64,000 bases of DNA from Gnetum montanum (GCA_015680685.1 MNCI01001903.1:415148-479147), one strand, 5' to 3'. Shown: positions 1 to 11,299, counted from the stretch's first letter. Made by a program: numbers and translations. The notes: generated by a model from the sequence alone, not told the origin.

Positions 1-166
1 TAAAGCATTATTTTCTTTCTCTTTCTACATTTTCCCTATTATTTCCTTTATACATAATGTTGAATATCACATATATTTCACATTTGATATATTTTCTTTC
101 TATGCATAATGTGTAATATATCATATATTTGATGTTTGCCATGACATCCAAGGATGGGATGTCACA
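1..166 (+). repeat. Family B 5' LTR (3' portion only)
   Basis: Aligns by eye with ~6676-6842; ends in ...tgtcaca. Confidence 0.85.
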
Positions 167-168
167 AT

Positions 169-180
169 TGATATCAAAGA
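169..180 (+). promoter_or_regulatory. Degenerate primer-binding site (tRNA-iMet type)
   Basis: tgatatcaaaga directly after the LTR versus canonical tggtatcagagc; copy 2 has tagtatcaaagc at 39461-39472. Confidence 0.7.
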
Positions 181-730
181 AAATCACAACCCAAGGGCCA
201 TTTAGAACCATGGGTCGACTACAATATGAACTTCATGATGAACCTTGAAGCCACAACACATGGAAAGCCATTGATCATCACTGGATGTACCATATATTTG
301 TGATGCAAGTTAGAAGACACCTTTCCATTAACTTCACAAATAATGGATCAGGCATCTAGATCCTAGAAACCAATAAAATTCTTTGATAGATATCATTAAC
401 CAATGAAGATTGATCACACCTCATTAACATTCATGAATTACAAGAGATGTTGATAAGATAATGATACTATCAAAAGTCACGCAAACCCTGAGATGGGTAG
501 CATTGGCCTAGAGGAGGGTTGTGTAAACCTTGAAATGGTGCATCATCATGGTCGTTGTTGGCATTCACAAAAAAACATCAAATTATGCATCATATGACAT
601 TTTTTTTTCAATTGTCCATCAATTGACGTAAAAATTTGAAATTTTTGTCATTGAATTGTTAGTTTAAATTAGAAAATTATGAAAATAGTTTCCAAAATTA
701 GAATTTCATGTGTTGGTAGCAACAAATATA

Positions 731-808
731 AAAATCCCATAATTAAGCATGCCTTCCTTGGAGTAGAACTAGGATGAATGACCTCTCGGGAAGTCTTGTT
801 TTTTGTGC
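731..808 (+). pseudogene. 5S rRNA-derived fragment (3' two-thirds, A-box to C-box region)
   Basis: aattaagcatgc...ggagtagaactaggatgaatgacctctcgggaagtcttg matches plant 5S AGTTAAGCGTGC...GAGTAGTACTAGGATGGGTGACCTCCTGGGAAGTCCTCG; the 5' ~40 nt of 5S are not seen. Confidence 0.8.
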
Positions 809-1567
809 TAAAGGTCTTAGACTCCAGAAGCCATAACTTTTGATTTTTGAAGCCTTTTTCAACAAAAAAATAGTTGTTTCCTATAGATTTCAACCTTTTG
901 GACACAATGGTGAAGTCAAATCAATCCTAAGGAACCCCAAAAATTAGGTATTACTCCTTGCCCGATATAGTGCCTTGGGATCCTCAAAAGTTTAATTTTC
1001 ACACAACTTGATTATATGATGTCCATTTTCAACATATGAATAGTCATTTCCAACATTTTTTACCCTTTTGAACTCAATGTTAAGGTTATATTTATTATTC
1101 AAACATCCAAAAATTTGATGATATCATAAATTCAACCTTTTGGATTTTAAGATTTAGTACATAACCCTTATAGATAGTCTTAAGATCACTATGGCATGTC
1201 ATTAATTACACTGCCAAAGTCAATGTTCTTAAGGGGGGTAGAAAGGACATTAAAAATTAGATAATATAGTTACATATTACTAAAATTATATGATGTCATT
1301 AAATATTACTAAAATTAGTTAATTAGATAATGTAGTTAAATTAGTTGGAGAATTAGTTGTTGTATTAATACCAGTTGATTATTAGTTAATGAATCAGTCG
1401 ATGTATTAGTTAAAGATCAATTGATGCATTAGTTGGAGAATTAGTTGAAGAAATAGAACAATATTTAGCCATCAAGAAAAGGGTATATTAATCCATCCTG
1501 TAATCAAAACATAGGGAAAAAAAACATGGAGACACAAAATCTTGTTTCGATAAGGAGTATGATATTC

Positions 1568-2552
1568 ATGAAGAGAAATGATCTAGACAAGAACCCAAGA
1601 ATGAGAGTCAAAGTTGCAACATACAACATGCCTGAAACATCCCTGGTGAGTGAGAAACAATATCCGCTATGTCCATCATGGGCCTTGGATTAGCACGAAT
1701 ATCAATACCCATGCATTTTAGCAGAATTTCAAGATTTGGATGCTAATTTCTTGTGCTTACAAGAAATATTACAATGGGAATTTCTATATCAATTTCAACT
1801 ACATTTGGAAAAGATGGAATACACAGGTATTTGTAAGCAAAAAGGTTCTTGTGGAAGTTCTTCTTTTGAGTTGTATAGATTAGCATATTGTAGAAATTAC
1901 AACATGGATGATTGTGCGATCTTTTATAAAGAAGCCAAGTTTGAATTGGAACAAAGATTTAAATGGAGTTTAGAAAATATGATTTTTGAAATTCCATAAC
2001 TTCAAGCTATGGAAAAGAAGAAACAATTAAGATTTTGGAAAAATCACATAGCCTTGGCAGTGATTCTAAAAGTTCATCTATCAAAAAAATGTGTATGCAT
2101 GATTAACACACATTTAATTGCCAAACCAACATGTTCAGATGTTAGACTTTGTCAAGGAGCATACTTGATTAAGCAAATAAAAGAAAGTTTGAAGAAGAAG
2201 TTATTCCTAAGTTGTACTAATCTAGTCCCATTTATTCTTTGTGGAGACTTCAATGCAAAATTTGGAAGTAGCATTTATCAATTTTTAAAATATTGATTTG
2301 TAAAGAAATCTTTGGAAGATGAACTTGACTTGAAGAAGATGTTTCCATCAATTCAGCACGTAATTCCATTAACCAGTGCATATTCTACTTACTTTGAATC
2401 TTTAGTAGATAAATCAGACTCTAGAATTTAGGAACATATGATGTTGATGGATAGCATGCATCAAGAACAAAAATTTACAAATTACTCTACTATGATTAAT
2501 GAGGATGAATCAAAAACATTCTTCATTAAGTCTTTGGATTATATTTGGTATG
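1568..2552 (+). pseudogene. CCR4-like: CCR4-type deadenylase (EEP family) pseudogene, 5' part, intronless
   Basis: One continuous frame through ORFs 1736, 2009 and 2438 with in-frame stops: VATYN...YPLCPSWALD*, DANFLCLQEI, INTHL, PFILCGDFN, LTSAY, KFTNY, LDYIWY. Confidence 0.9.
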
Positions 2553-3819
2553 TGTTGGCAACCATTTGGGACGCGACCGCCAACGAGTGTCCTCAAATAG
2601 GATTTAGGTGCCTGCTGGTCTCTGGCAACACCAAGGCCTAGATACCTCCAAATAAACTCAGTAGTTAATGTGAGTATGTGTGTGTGCTGTTGCGGCATGC
2701 GGTTGTGTGAAATGTAACGATTGCGTTGTGTGTAAACTACAAATGACTTACTTTAAAGAGATTCAGCCAACTTTGCCAAGTACTGTGAGTTGTTGAAAAT
2801 TTCCTATGTTGTTCAACTGCCTAGTCTACGTGGTCCTTATAATACCTACTTGTAACAAATAAAATTTTGCAAAAACATTTGAGCACAACTTCGCAATCTA
2901 CTCCTAATTTTCCCCAGAGAAAGAGATAGTTCCATAAGAAAACTAGAAATAGAGCAAGATTCAATGGAAATAGACAGAAAAGAAAAGAAAGCATATTTAT
3001 GTAGACCTCAAATATTTCAACAAGGTAAAATGACACAAGTAAACACTTCGCAATAAAGCTATCCCAAATTCAATATCTACGAATTGTTCAAACTTCCAAG
3101 ACTCAAACAAGCAATTTCTTCAACACAATCCTACTATGCTACCAAAAATTGCTGCGTAAACTACCACGTACAAGACTCCATTTTGACTAGATAATAGATG
3201 TCAACGATTACATTCAAACAGAACCTTTAAAAGACTTGACAATTTCTGATTGAAATACCATGGAAATTCACTTTAAAGATAAAAAGAAGCTATTCTGGTC
3301 CCATCAAAATACCAAAGATTTTCTGAACCCTCTTGACTACTGAATTGTTCAACGGCGTGACTACAAACAGAGGCTTTCTTACAACAATCCCAATAGTAGT
3401 TCCAACACGTTGCACAATAACGAAATTTACTACTAAAATTCTCTTAAGGCTTTTAAACACAAGCACTTCTATGGCAAAATTTTAATAGAAATTTCTATTG
3501 GGCAACAAGAACAATAAGAGCAATCTAAAAATCCCAAAATTACTTGCCAAGGATGATACTATCTAAACCACTAGCTAAGCAATTTAAACAAAACAAAAAT
3601 AAAACATAACTTACAGGACTATGACAAAGAGTCTGAAATCTTTCCTTTAGCAAGCCATCTTACAAGCAATCGTTCACACTTTCTTCCTTACAAAATGCTC
3701 TTCTCCCAAGACCCCAAGTGTGTCTCCAAGTGAGAGCCCAAGTGTGATCCCAATGTCTTCTCAAAAGTGTGATGTATGAGACCACAAGTGATCATCCTTC
3801 CTCCTTGACCCCTGAAGCC

Positions 3820-3855
3820 TTTTTATAGGGTTCAAAGGTAGGTAGGGAAGTTACA
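3820..3855 (-). promoter_or_regulatory. Putative LTR core promoter (TATA box ccctataaaaa on minus strand) at the conserved/variable boundary of family A
   Basis: ttttata(g/a)ggttcaaaggtaggtagggaagt is conserved in all three copies (3820, 31869, 46089); homology stops immediately after it. Confidence 0.65.
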
Positions 3856-3899
3856 AAATATCTTGGGTGGTTTAACCACCATAGAGATAAAAAAGCTAC

Positions 3900-4085
3900 A
3901 ATGGACAAGTGTCCTATTGCATGGCCAAGTGTCTTCATTCAGTTGCCAAGTGTCTTCATTCAATTGCCAAGTGTCTTCATTTAGTTGCCAAGTGTTCACC
4001 ATGGAGAGAAACAAGTTACAGTTGACACGTGTCCCATTTAGTTGACAAGTGGCCTTTGTAGTTGACAAGTGGCCCTTGTAGTTAC
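3900..4085. repeat. 20-21 bp tandem repeats with CAAGTG cores and a palindromic G-box (gacacgtgtc, 4024-4033)
   Basis: agttgccaagtgtcttcattc about 3.5 times; gttgacaagtggc(c/t)ttgta twice. Confidence 0.85.
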
Positions 4086-4258
4086 AACCACTTCAAAGAT
4101 TAAAAAGCTATGGTTCCCAAGTGTTCTATTTCATTACAACCACCATGGTAGTGTTAAAATTAAGTGTTCAATTCATATGGGACTTAGAACAGTTGTCCCA
4201 TAACACTTTTTTTCTTTTTTAAGTCATATCATATTTTATTTGATTTCCCTGTGCAAAA

Positions 4259-4675
4259 ATCGGGAACAAAACAGTTGCGATAGAGAAATCGGAGAACATA
4301 GTAATAGAACTTCTAGAACCGGATAGCGACAAGAGCATGGTGGCAGCAGTTTTGTGGCGTTTTGGGGGCATTGGAAAATCCACCATCGCAGAGGCAGTGT
4401 ACGCAACCATAGACATGGACGAGTACATTTTCTGCAAAGTTGTGCTCTTCGATCATGCCAACAGAAAATCGAGCCTGACCAAGGTGCAGAAGAGCCTTCT
4501 GGACCAATTTGCAGAACCCAACCAAGAATGGGAAGAACTCACATCCCCAACAGAAGGTCAAATGGCTCTGCACCATTACTTCAGGGAGGTTACCTACTTC
4601 ATCTTCATTGACAATGTTCTGGAAATGAGAGAGCTCTGGAAGCTCATGATTCTCATCACTGCTCGCAATATGAAT
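4259..4675 (+). pseudogene. NB-ARC (plant NLR) domain fragment captured inside LTR A1
   Basis: Open frame IEKSENIVIELL...VLWRFGGIGKSTIAEAVY (P-loop), LTKVQKSLL (RNBS-A-like), YFIFIDNV (kinase-2), ILITARN (RNBS-B); no GLPL or LRR. Confidence 0.85.
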
Positions 4676-5635
4676 GCCCACAAAGATCCAGATATCCACA
4701 ATATCATAGGTACAGTAGCACCTTGTAGGTAGTATTTACAACTTTTCACGTAATAAAGGACAGACATAAAATCATTGGCTACAACTAGCAAGCCACAAGC
4801 TCATGAAACTGTGGAATACAGAGAAAAACGAGAGCGATGACAAAGTTAAGGACCGATTATGCCAGTAGCAAATGGTAAGCCCTGAACAAACGTGATTGGC
4901 CAATACTTGAATCAAATTCGCAGTGCCACGTTTTGTTGTTGAAAAAAACTAGTAAAGTAGTCTGTAATGAGAAAAACTACGCTGAAACCCTAAACCTGGG
5001 AGGGGAAAACTTGTACAGCTTGCCGTGCAGTGAGAAAATGACAAGGCCGACCTTAGTATTGCATAGAATGGAGAGTTTGTATGCTCTTTTTCAACAGTCC
5101 GTTTGGGCGCTTTGAGAAAGTCACCTACTGCTACCACTGTTAAAAGTTACTGCCGCTACCATGCCCTTAATGAAACTCACAGCCATTACTGAAAACCTTC
5201 ATACCTTCTTCGCATCCCTGCTATTTTGTGTTTTTCTGGTGGTGGTTTTGTGTAGGGTTTCAGTGCACCTTGGGATCTCCTACAACTTTTTGCGCTTGTT
5301 CTAAATCAGTATTTCGAGCAACGTCAATGGTGGTGGTGTAGAGCAACGGCTGCGGCGGTGTTTTTTGGCTTGGCCGTGACCTTGCGGTGGCTGTGTATTT
5401 TCCATAATAAATTATAGAAACAACATGATGTCCAACTATGTACAGGACAGCGGCTTGGTTTTATGGGTCCGTTAGAAAAATTAGATTTTTACGATACAGT
5501 AAAAACCCAATTCTAACAACTTATTCTTTCATCAGTCTTTATCCAAATGAAATATTGGCAATGTTAGTTATATGATTAGCTTCACAACCTCACAAAGCAT
5601 GCTCCATTAAATGGCCAAAATGTGCCAATAATATG

Positions 5636-5813
5636 ATGTTTGATTCTTTCAAGTTACCAAATTACTAGAGTTGATTTCTAAAGAAGAAGTTGAGAAGAAT
5701 CAAGATCAAGCCTTGCCATCCCAAATATGATCATTTGATCATATACCACTTATGGTAGCATTACAATTACTTCCATCAGTTCATAAGGTTGATCAAGATC
5801 AAGAAGTATCTCA
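5636..5813 (+). pseudogene. CCR4-like: CCR4-type deadenylase pseudogene, 3' part
   Basis: Resumes in frame after the TSD: FQVTKLLELISKEE...QALPSQI*SFDHIPLMVAL (LPS...SDH catalytic motif); 3' end approximate. Confidence 0.88.
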
Positions 5814-6224
5814 CTCTTACTTTTATTTGATGATCTTATTATTTTATTCATTGTTTAATTTATATTTCAATTAGATAAGTAAAATATCTATGATAATAAA
5901 AATTGGGGATAAATAATTTGCCCTACCTTCACTTGGATAACTAGATCCATGTTGCACTTTGTATGATCTTGATTAGGATTGGTGATTAGTGGTTGATAAA
6001 TCTTTAATTCACCTTTTATCATTATCTTAGAAAATGAAGTATCAAGAAAGTAATATTTAATTTTTCATATATTTTTCTCACATATATTTTGTTTACAAAA
6101 TAAGCAAGAAAAAACTTCATGTTCAAAGGAGAAATCAAATTATTGGAGCATAGGATCATGAAAGAAAGCATTGGAGTTGAAAAATGATAGATAATGTGGA
6201 CTCGTTCGAGGATGAAGGAAACCT

Positions 6225-6236
6225 AAGGAGGGTAAA
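6225..6236 (+). promoter_or_regulatory. Polypurine tract of family B
   Basis: aaggagggtaaa just before the 3' LTR; copy 2 has ggggagggtaga at 44606-44617 before tgtcatatc. Confidence 0.7.
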
Positions 6237-6237
6237 T

Positions 6238-6842
6238 TATCACATCTTCATTCCCAAATGATGCTACTAACTAATGACGATGGTGTGTCTTCATAACAAG
6301 TGTCATTGTTATCTTAACAAGACCTGAAAGGGTAGTTGTGATTAAGACTTGAAAGGGCATGTTGTAATAATGGATGTGTCTCTTAAGGTAACCTTTGGGG
6401 GTTTTGCCTAAGGCATTTATACCTAGGGTTAGAGGTTATGCCAACATGGAATGGTGGAGTTGGTACAAGCAAGTCATGGGGTGGCGAAGTTGGAATAGGC
6501 AAGTCATAGGAAGTTGGGTGAAGTGGAACAAGAAGTCGACTAGCCATCCCTTCTAGTTAGGTTATAGGCCTAACCATGGTGGAATTGCTAGATTGCCTCT
6601 AAGGTATAGATGCTAAAGGAAGAAAACCCCAAAGAATACTCTCAGAGCATGATCCAGATACGCTATTTCATATCAATAAATCATACTTTTCTTTCTCTTT
6701 CTGAATTTTTCCTATTATTTCCTTTATCCATAATGTTGAATACCACATATATTTCACATTGATTATATTTTCTTCATACACATAATTTCTAATATATCAT
6801 ATATTTGACATTTTCCATGACATCCATGGATCGGATGTCACA
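6238..6842 (+). repeat. Family B 3' LTR (605 bp)
   Basis: tatcacatc...gatgtcaca termini; homologous to 38941-39458, 44619-44811, 27096-27400 (rc) and 56721-57292 (rc). Confidence 0.85.
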
Positions 6843-6899
6843 CAAGTGGAGGTGGCTCTTCCATAGGTTTCTTTCCCTTATCATCAAGCTTCTTAAATT

Positions 6900-9300
6900 G
6901 ATATCTATTCAGGAGTGCCTACAACTTCTCTTCTTCCATTCTTGGATCATGGACCATCTATGATAATGACCCAATGTTTGATGGATATGGCATGTTCCAT
7001 GAACATGATAGTTACAGAAACATCTAATTAGCTTTAATGTACCATGCTGCAAACTATCGTCACTCTTCTTCAAAAGCTCTTGTATTTTCTCTAAGTTCAT
7101 GATAGTATATTAAGCTTCTAGCTAGATTTGTTGCTACATCAATTTTCCCCTAGTAACTAGCCTTAACTAATTCTAGTTTTGAGTTTGCCAATTGAAGTTT
7201 TTGTAGAGCATCTTTTTTGTGTGCAAACTCTTCATATAAAGCATAAGTGATCGCTACTTACTATTCTAGTTTATTTTTGGGCTTGCATGCTATTAACATG
7301 GCCAAATTAACATTTCAAAGGTTTTCTAACATCATGTATTCTTTTAAGTCTTCTATCTATAGGTTTTTATTTTTCACTTCAGCTTGATAGATCTGGGCCA
7401 TGCTATCCAAGATGGATTGCCAATCAGGATTTTGTGCTACAAAAAAATTGATTTTTGCCTTTGCCATCTAGATCTCTTTCTTATTTATCTATTTATACAT
7501 GCCCACTTGGTCTTGGAAATGTTCTTGAATCCTTTTGTGTTTCTTGACCTCATTTTCCATGCACTGATTTTGATAGCTAATTTCTATCAGATGGCATGTA
7601 ACTCCTCAATAGAGAGGGTTTTATTTTCTCTTGCGAGGTGGCTCATATCTTAGTTTACCCTTATCATCTACTCTCTCAATGAATGGATTCTTTCTTCTAG
7701 AGTGTGTTTCACCTCTTCTACTATGGTCAACTTCATGTTGTCTATAGTGAGTTATTTATTTTCTTCTTGTAAGGTAGCAAGTGCTTTGGCATGGGCATAT
7801 GATTGGGCTTCAACTCCTAGAGCATTCCATACTGCATTTTCTTTCTAATCTATTATAACTTTAATGTTCCTAAGAAGGAAATTAATTTTCTTAATTCTAA
7901 ATTGTGCTATCTGATCTAAAGCTATGAACTCAGTTAGATCTCTCGTTTCTGCTCTCAAGGATACAAGCTCTTCTTGTAATTAATGAAGTTCATTCTTAAC
8001 ATGTTTTACCCTAGCTTCAGCCATGATTAATTATCCTTTGGTGGCTATTAATTCAAACTAGGCTATAGTGATATCACTATGAATATCAAATATATTTTTC
8101 ATAACTTGTTCTATATACAATAGTCTATCCAACACATCTTCATGTTATGTAGGAGTCATAAATGTACCTGCTATCATTTGAGCATCTTTGGCTCCAGAAA
8201 TATTAGTTGGTAGAACAACAGGTACATTAAAGGATTCTTTAATGTGATATGTGATCACTTAGTAGCTCCTGCTACATCATGGTGCTACTTGACCACAACT
8301 ATGGATTCTTCTCCTAATTCAAGCACCACTTGGAATAATGCGGTGTTTCCAAAAATCTATTGTGAACACTAGGCCTCTCCCCTTGACTTCAACGATATCT
8401 GTCCACTAGCAAGATTTGATTAAGATGGTTGACCTAACTACATCATCAATAACTTTAAATAAATTGACCTCTTCCGTACTTCCCCAATTGATGATTTCTA
8501 TAATTTGGTATAGATGGCTCATTGAAGGCCTATAATCTTGCAACAGCGATGGTGGAACTTGTGGTTGTTGATGCTATTGTCCTATGGATTGGGTATTCTC
8601 CTCAATGCCTATTTTTTCTTCTAATTAGTCCTTTTTATGAGGTGCTAGCTTGAGCATTTTAGCATAAGAAGCATTTTATGCCTTCCTCAATGCATCATTT
8701 GTATACCCTTGGATACCAGCCAGTTTACATAATTTCTAGATAGGGAAAGGAAATTGAAGTGTTAACTTCTATACCTTCTTTTCTTTGAACTGCCTTTGGA
8801 TTTTTGTGAAGTAGAGGTGAGTGATGTTTACATTGAATTTTTTTATTAATATTTCACTCCCTCTAGCTACATATGTAGAGATTCTATTCAGTCTTTTGGT
8901 AAGAAATAGGTGATAAGTGCCAATTTTGAAATAGATATTTTCTTCTATAGTTAATTTGTTGTATTCTTTATCTTCCTTGCCATATGCGCACTATAACCAC
9001 ATGCTCCTAGTATATGTGTAAGATATAGTTGATATCTATGCTACCTCTACTCCTTGATTAGGCACATTCAATACCTTTGCTATTACCTCAATTGAGTAAG
9101 ATATTGAGATTCCTTCAATTTTGACTATAGCATCAACTTCTCAATTTTTCCAAAACTAGAGTGTTTCTCCTAGATACCATTCTCCATTTTTTTTTAGAGT
9201 AGGCCATAAAAGAAATGACTAAAGTTGGGCCTTAACAACTTCTGGAGCAAATTCCAAGAATGGACCAAAGTTAAGTTCTACAATTACTATCGACATATGA
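6900..9300 (-). pseudogene. Decayed retroelement accessory ORF ('putative plant transposon protein'-like N-terminus, charged/coiled-coil-like C-terminus)
   Basis: WYLGETL*FWKN*EVDAIVKIEGISISYSIEVIAKVLNVPNQG at ~9180-9050 resembles the Y...V.EFY.N...V.G..I..S...I...L..P..G pattern; many stops. Confidence 0.5.
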
Positions 9301-10229
9301 ATTTTTTCTAAATAGCCTAAAGGCAATCAGGTGATAGTGTAAGTTGTTGTCCTATGATAAGTACTGGTGGAATATCATTATGACTATGGTAAGAACCTCT
9401 TATTAATGGAATGGATGGATACATTATGTGGGTTCACTATGCAAATAATTAGTCTCTTATGACTTGATTTCATAGAGAAATCCTCACCTTATTAGGCCAC
9501 ATCTTGCCTTTATTTAATTGTGTTTTATTAATGATTAAAAATTATTTACAAAATTTTTGAAAAAAATTATAAAGGAAATGGGAAAGATGGTAAAAATTAT
9601 GAAAAATTATAAGGAATGAAAAATGTTGAAGAATTGAAAAATTTTAACGAATATGAAAAATTGAAGAAATAAGAAAAATTGAAGTAATGAGAAAAATGTA
9701 AAAAAATTAAAAATGAAAAGAAAATGAAAAAGCACTTATTAATTCCCAAGTCATGATAACGTGTCTTCCCCATGACTAAACTCTTGGGCAAGTGTTTCTA
9801 AAATGCTCCCTAAATCTCCTAGATCATACACTTTGGGTGGTTCTCTTACCATCTTTAGGGTTTTAACTTTATTATGATTATCCCATGTGATCTTGATGGT
9901 AGTTTAGTTTTGATCATCTAAGTTCTTATTTTCCTTTCCCACTGGTATTTGTTCATGAGTTAATATTTTTGTTTCCAAGTCCTTCATTGGAGTCATTTTC
10001 TTTGGATAGGAATTAGTAATTGGTTCATGTGTATCCATGCATATGTTTGACAAATTAAGGTTCTTAGTTAGTGGCCACAAGGTGTCTTTTTGTTTTGTGG
10101 ATTCTGCTCTTCTTTCTACACATATTTTTGTTTCATTATTACAATGGATTGTTATGATGCTTATGTTAGTACTTTGAATTTCTTATCCACTATTTCATCC
10201 TATTCTTTTAGTAGTTATGCATGGAATTC

Positions 10230-10620
10230 TTTGTGTATGGATGGCTCCATGTTTGTCCTCTTTTGTGATCTCTACAAATAAATCTCTCATGTTTAACCTA
10301 TCATCAATGATGCTAAGCCATGCCATCCCCATGATAATTGGACATTCCTTATCAATATCCTTCACATCAATCACCAAGAAGTCTTCTGGGTAGGACCACC
10401 CATTGATAGTGGTCACTATGTCATCAATCTATCCCAAAGGGATGGCAACAAACTAGTCTACAAACTCCAACCTAATGTTGCAATCTTTAAATGGTGGTAA
10501 GTTTCATGTTTGATATGTGTTGTAGGAGATCAAATTAACTCCAGAACCTAAGTCTAATAGAGCTTTGCACTGTAGATTCCTAGCTACTGGTAGATATATT
10601 AAAGAAACTTCTAGGTCAAT
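10230..10620 (-). pseudogene. Retroviral-type aspartic protease remnant
   Basis: ALLDLGSGVNLIS...INGWSYPEDFLVIDVKDIDKECPIIMGMAWL. Confidence 0.8.
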
Positions 10621-11299
10621 TCATTTCTGTGGGAGCGGCCCTACCATGATCTAATCAATAACAACTATAGTAAGCATGATAGTCTATCTTTTTAGACTCA
10701 ATGATGACAAAAGCTTGTCAAGAGTGAGAAGATCTATTTTTGGAGAAAATGGTCTTCATAAAGATCCGATTCTACCAACCTTCTCTGGATGCATCCTAAA
10801 GAAAGGATGTTTCTTTGTCTAGTCCTTAGCATTGCTGGTGAAATCTTCTATTTATACATTTATTTCCCTTGCAACCTTCTTTTGCTATGGCTGTGATGGT
10901 AGTTCACCCTAACTTATTGGTGGTGGCATTGGTGGCAATGGATTTAGATTGGGATTTGAGAGATCAGCTACTTGTGAATGCATATGGGAATTTAGATTAG
11001 TCCTTAGTAACATCAGTTGGTAGTATTTATGTGGGTGATATTGTGAATTTTGAATCATGGTGTTTGCTAGTGAGATCGAATGCTGAACATAGTATCAATA
11101 AGGATTAGGTTGTCAGTATGGATATTGTTGGTATGGTAGTGGCTTGGCTCATGATTATGGTTGCTACCACTGCTGATGGTAGTGCTCCTGCAACTATGAC
11201 AAAGCTCCACTAGGATAATAGATTGGTTAAGGTTGTTTCCTATAGTTACCTTGAGGATAAGGTAGCTGTTTTGGCATTTTCTTTTGAACAAATTCTGGG

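Larger units (their letters stand above)
2553..5630 (-). mobile_element. Solo LTR family A, copy 1 (3078 bp)
   Basis: Termini tgttggca...tgccaata. 5-bp TSD gtatg (2548-2552)/atatg (5631-5635). Removing it restores the CCR4 frame (cf. uninterrupted copy at ~44000). 2553-3855 is homologous to copies at 30820 and 45399. Confidence 0.9.
1..6842 (+). mobile_element. Non-autonomous LTR retroelement family B, copy 1 (5' LTR truncated by window edge; carries 5S fragment and CCR4-like gene; interrupted by solo LTR A1)
   Basis: 1-166 matches the 3' part of the LTR at 6238-6842 (both end ggatgtcaca). A degenerate Met-PBS follows at 169 and a purine tract precedes 6238. The internal region is colinear with 39459-44618. 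Confidence 0.85.

Noticed and set aside
731-808. Functional 5S rRNA gene or Cassandra TRIM
   Set aside because: The 5' part of 5S is missing, the sequence is degenerate, and it is not inside the LTRs
1568-2552. LINE (L1) APE endonuclease as the identity of the EEP domain
   Set aside because: CPSWAL.W, LxSAY, FTNY and LDYIWY are CCR4-specific motifs; no RT or poly(A) tail follows
4219-4791. Overlapping ORFs 4219-4437, 4313-4699, 4354-4611 and 4594-4791
   Set aside because: Shadow frames of the NB-ARC fragment with no recognisable motifs
2553-5630. Family A as a TIR DNA transposon (Pack-MULE/CACTA)
   Set aside because: Inverted ends are only ~8 bp TG..CA with a 5-bp TSD and internal TATA, which fits a solo LTR better; not formally excluded without a full-length copy
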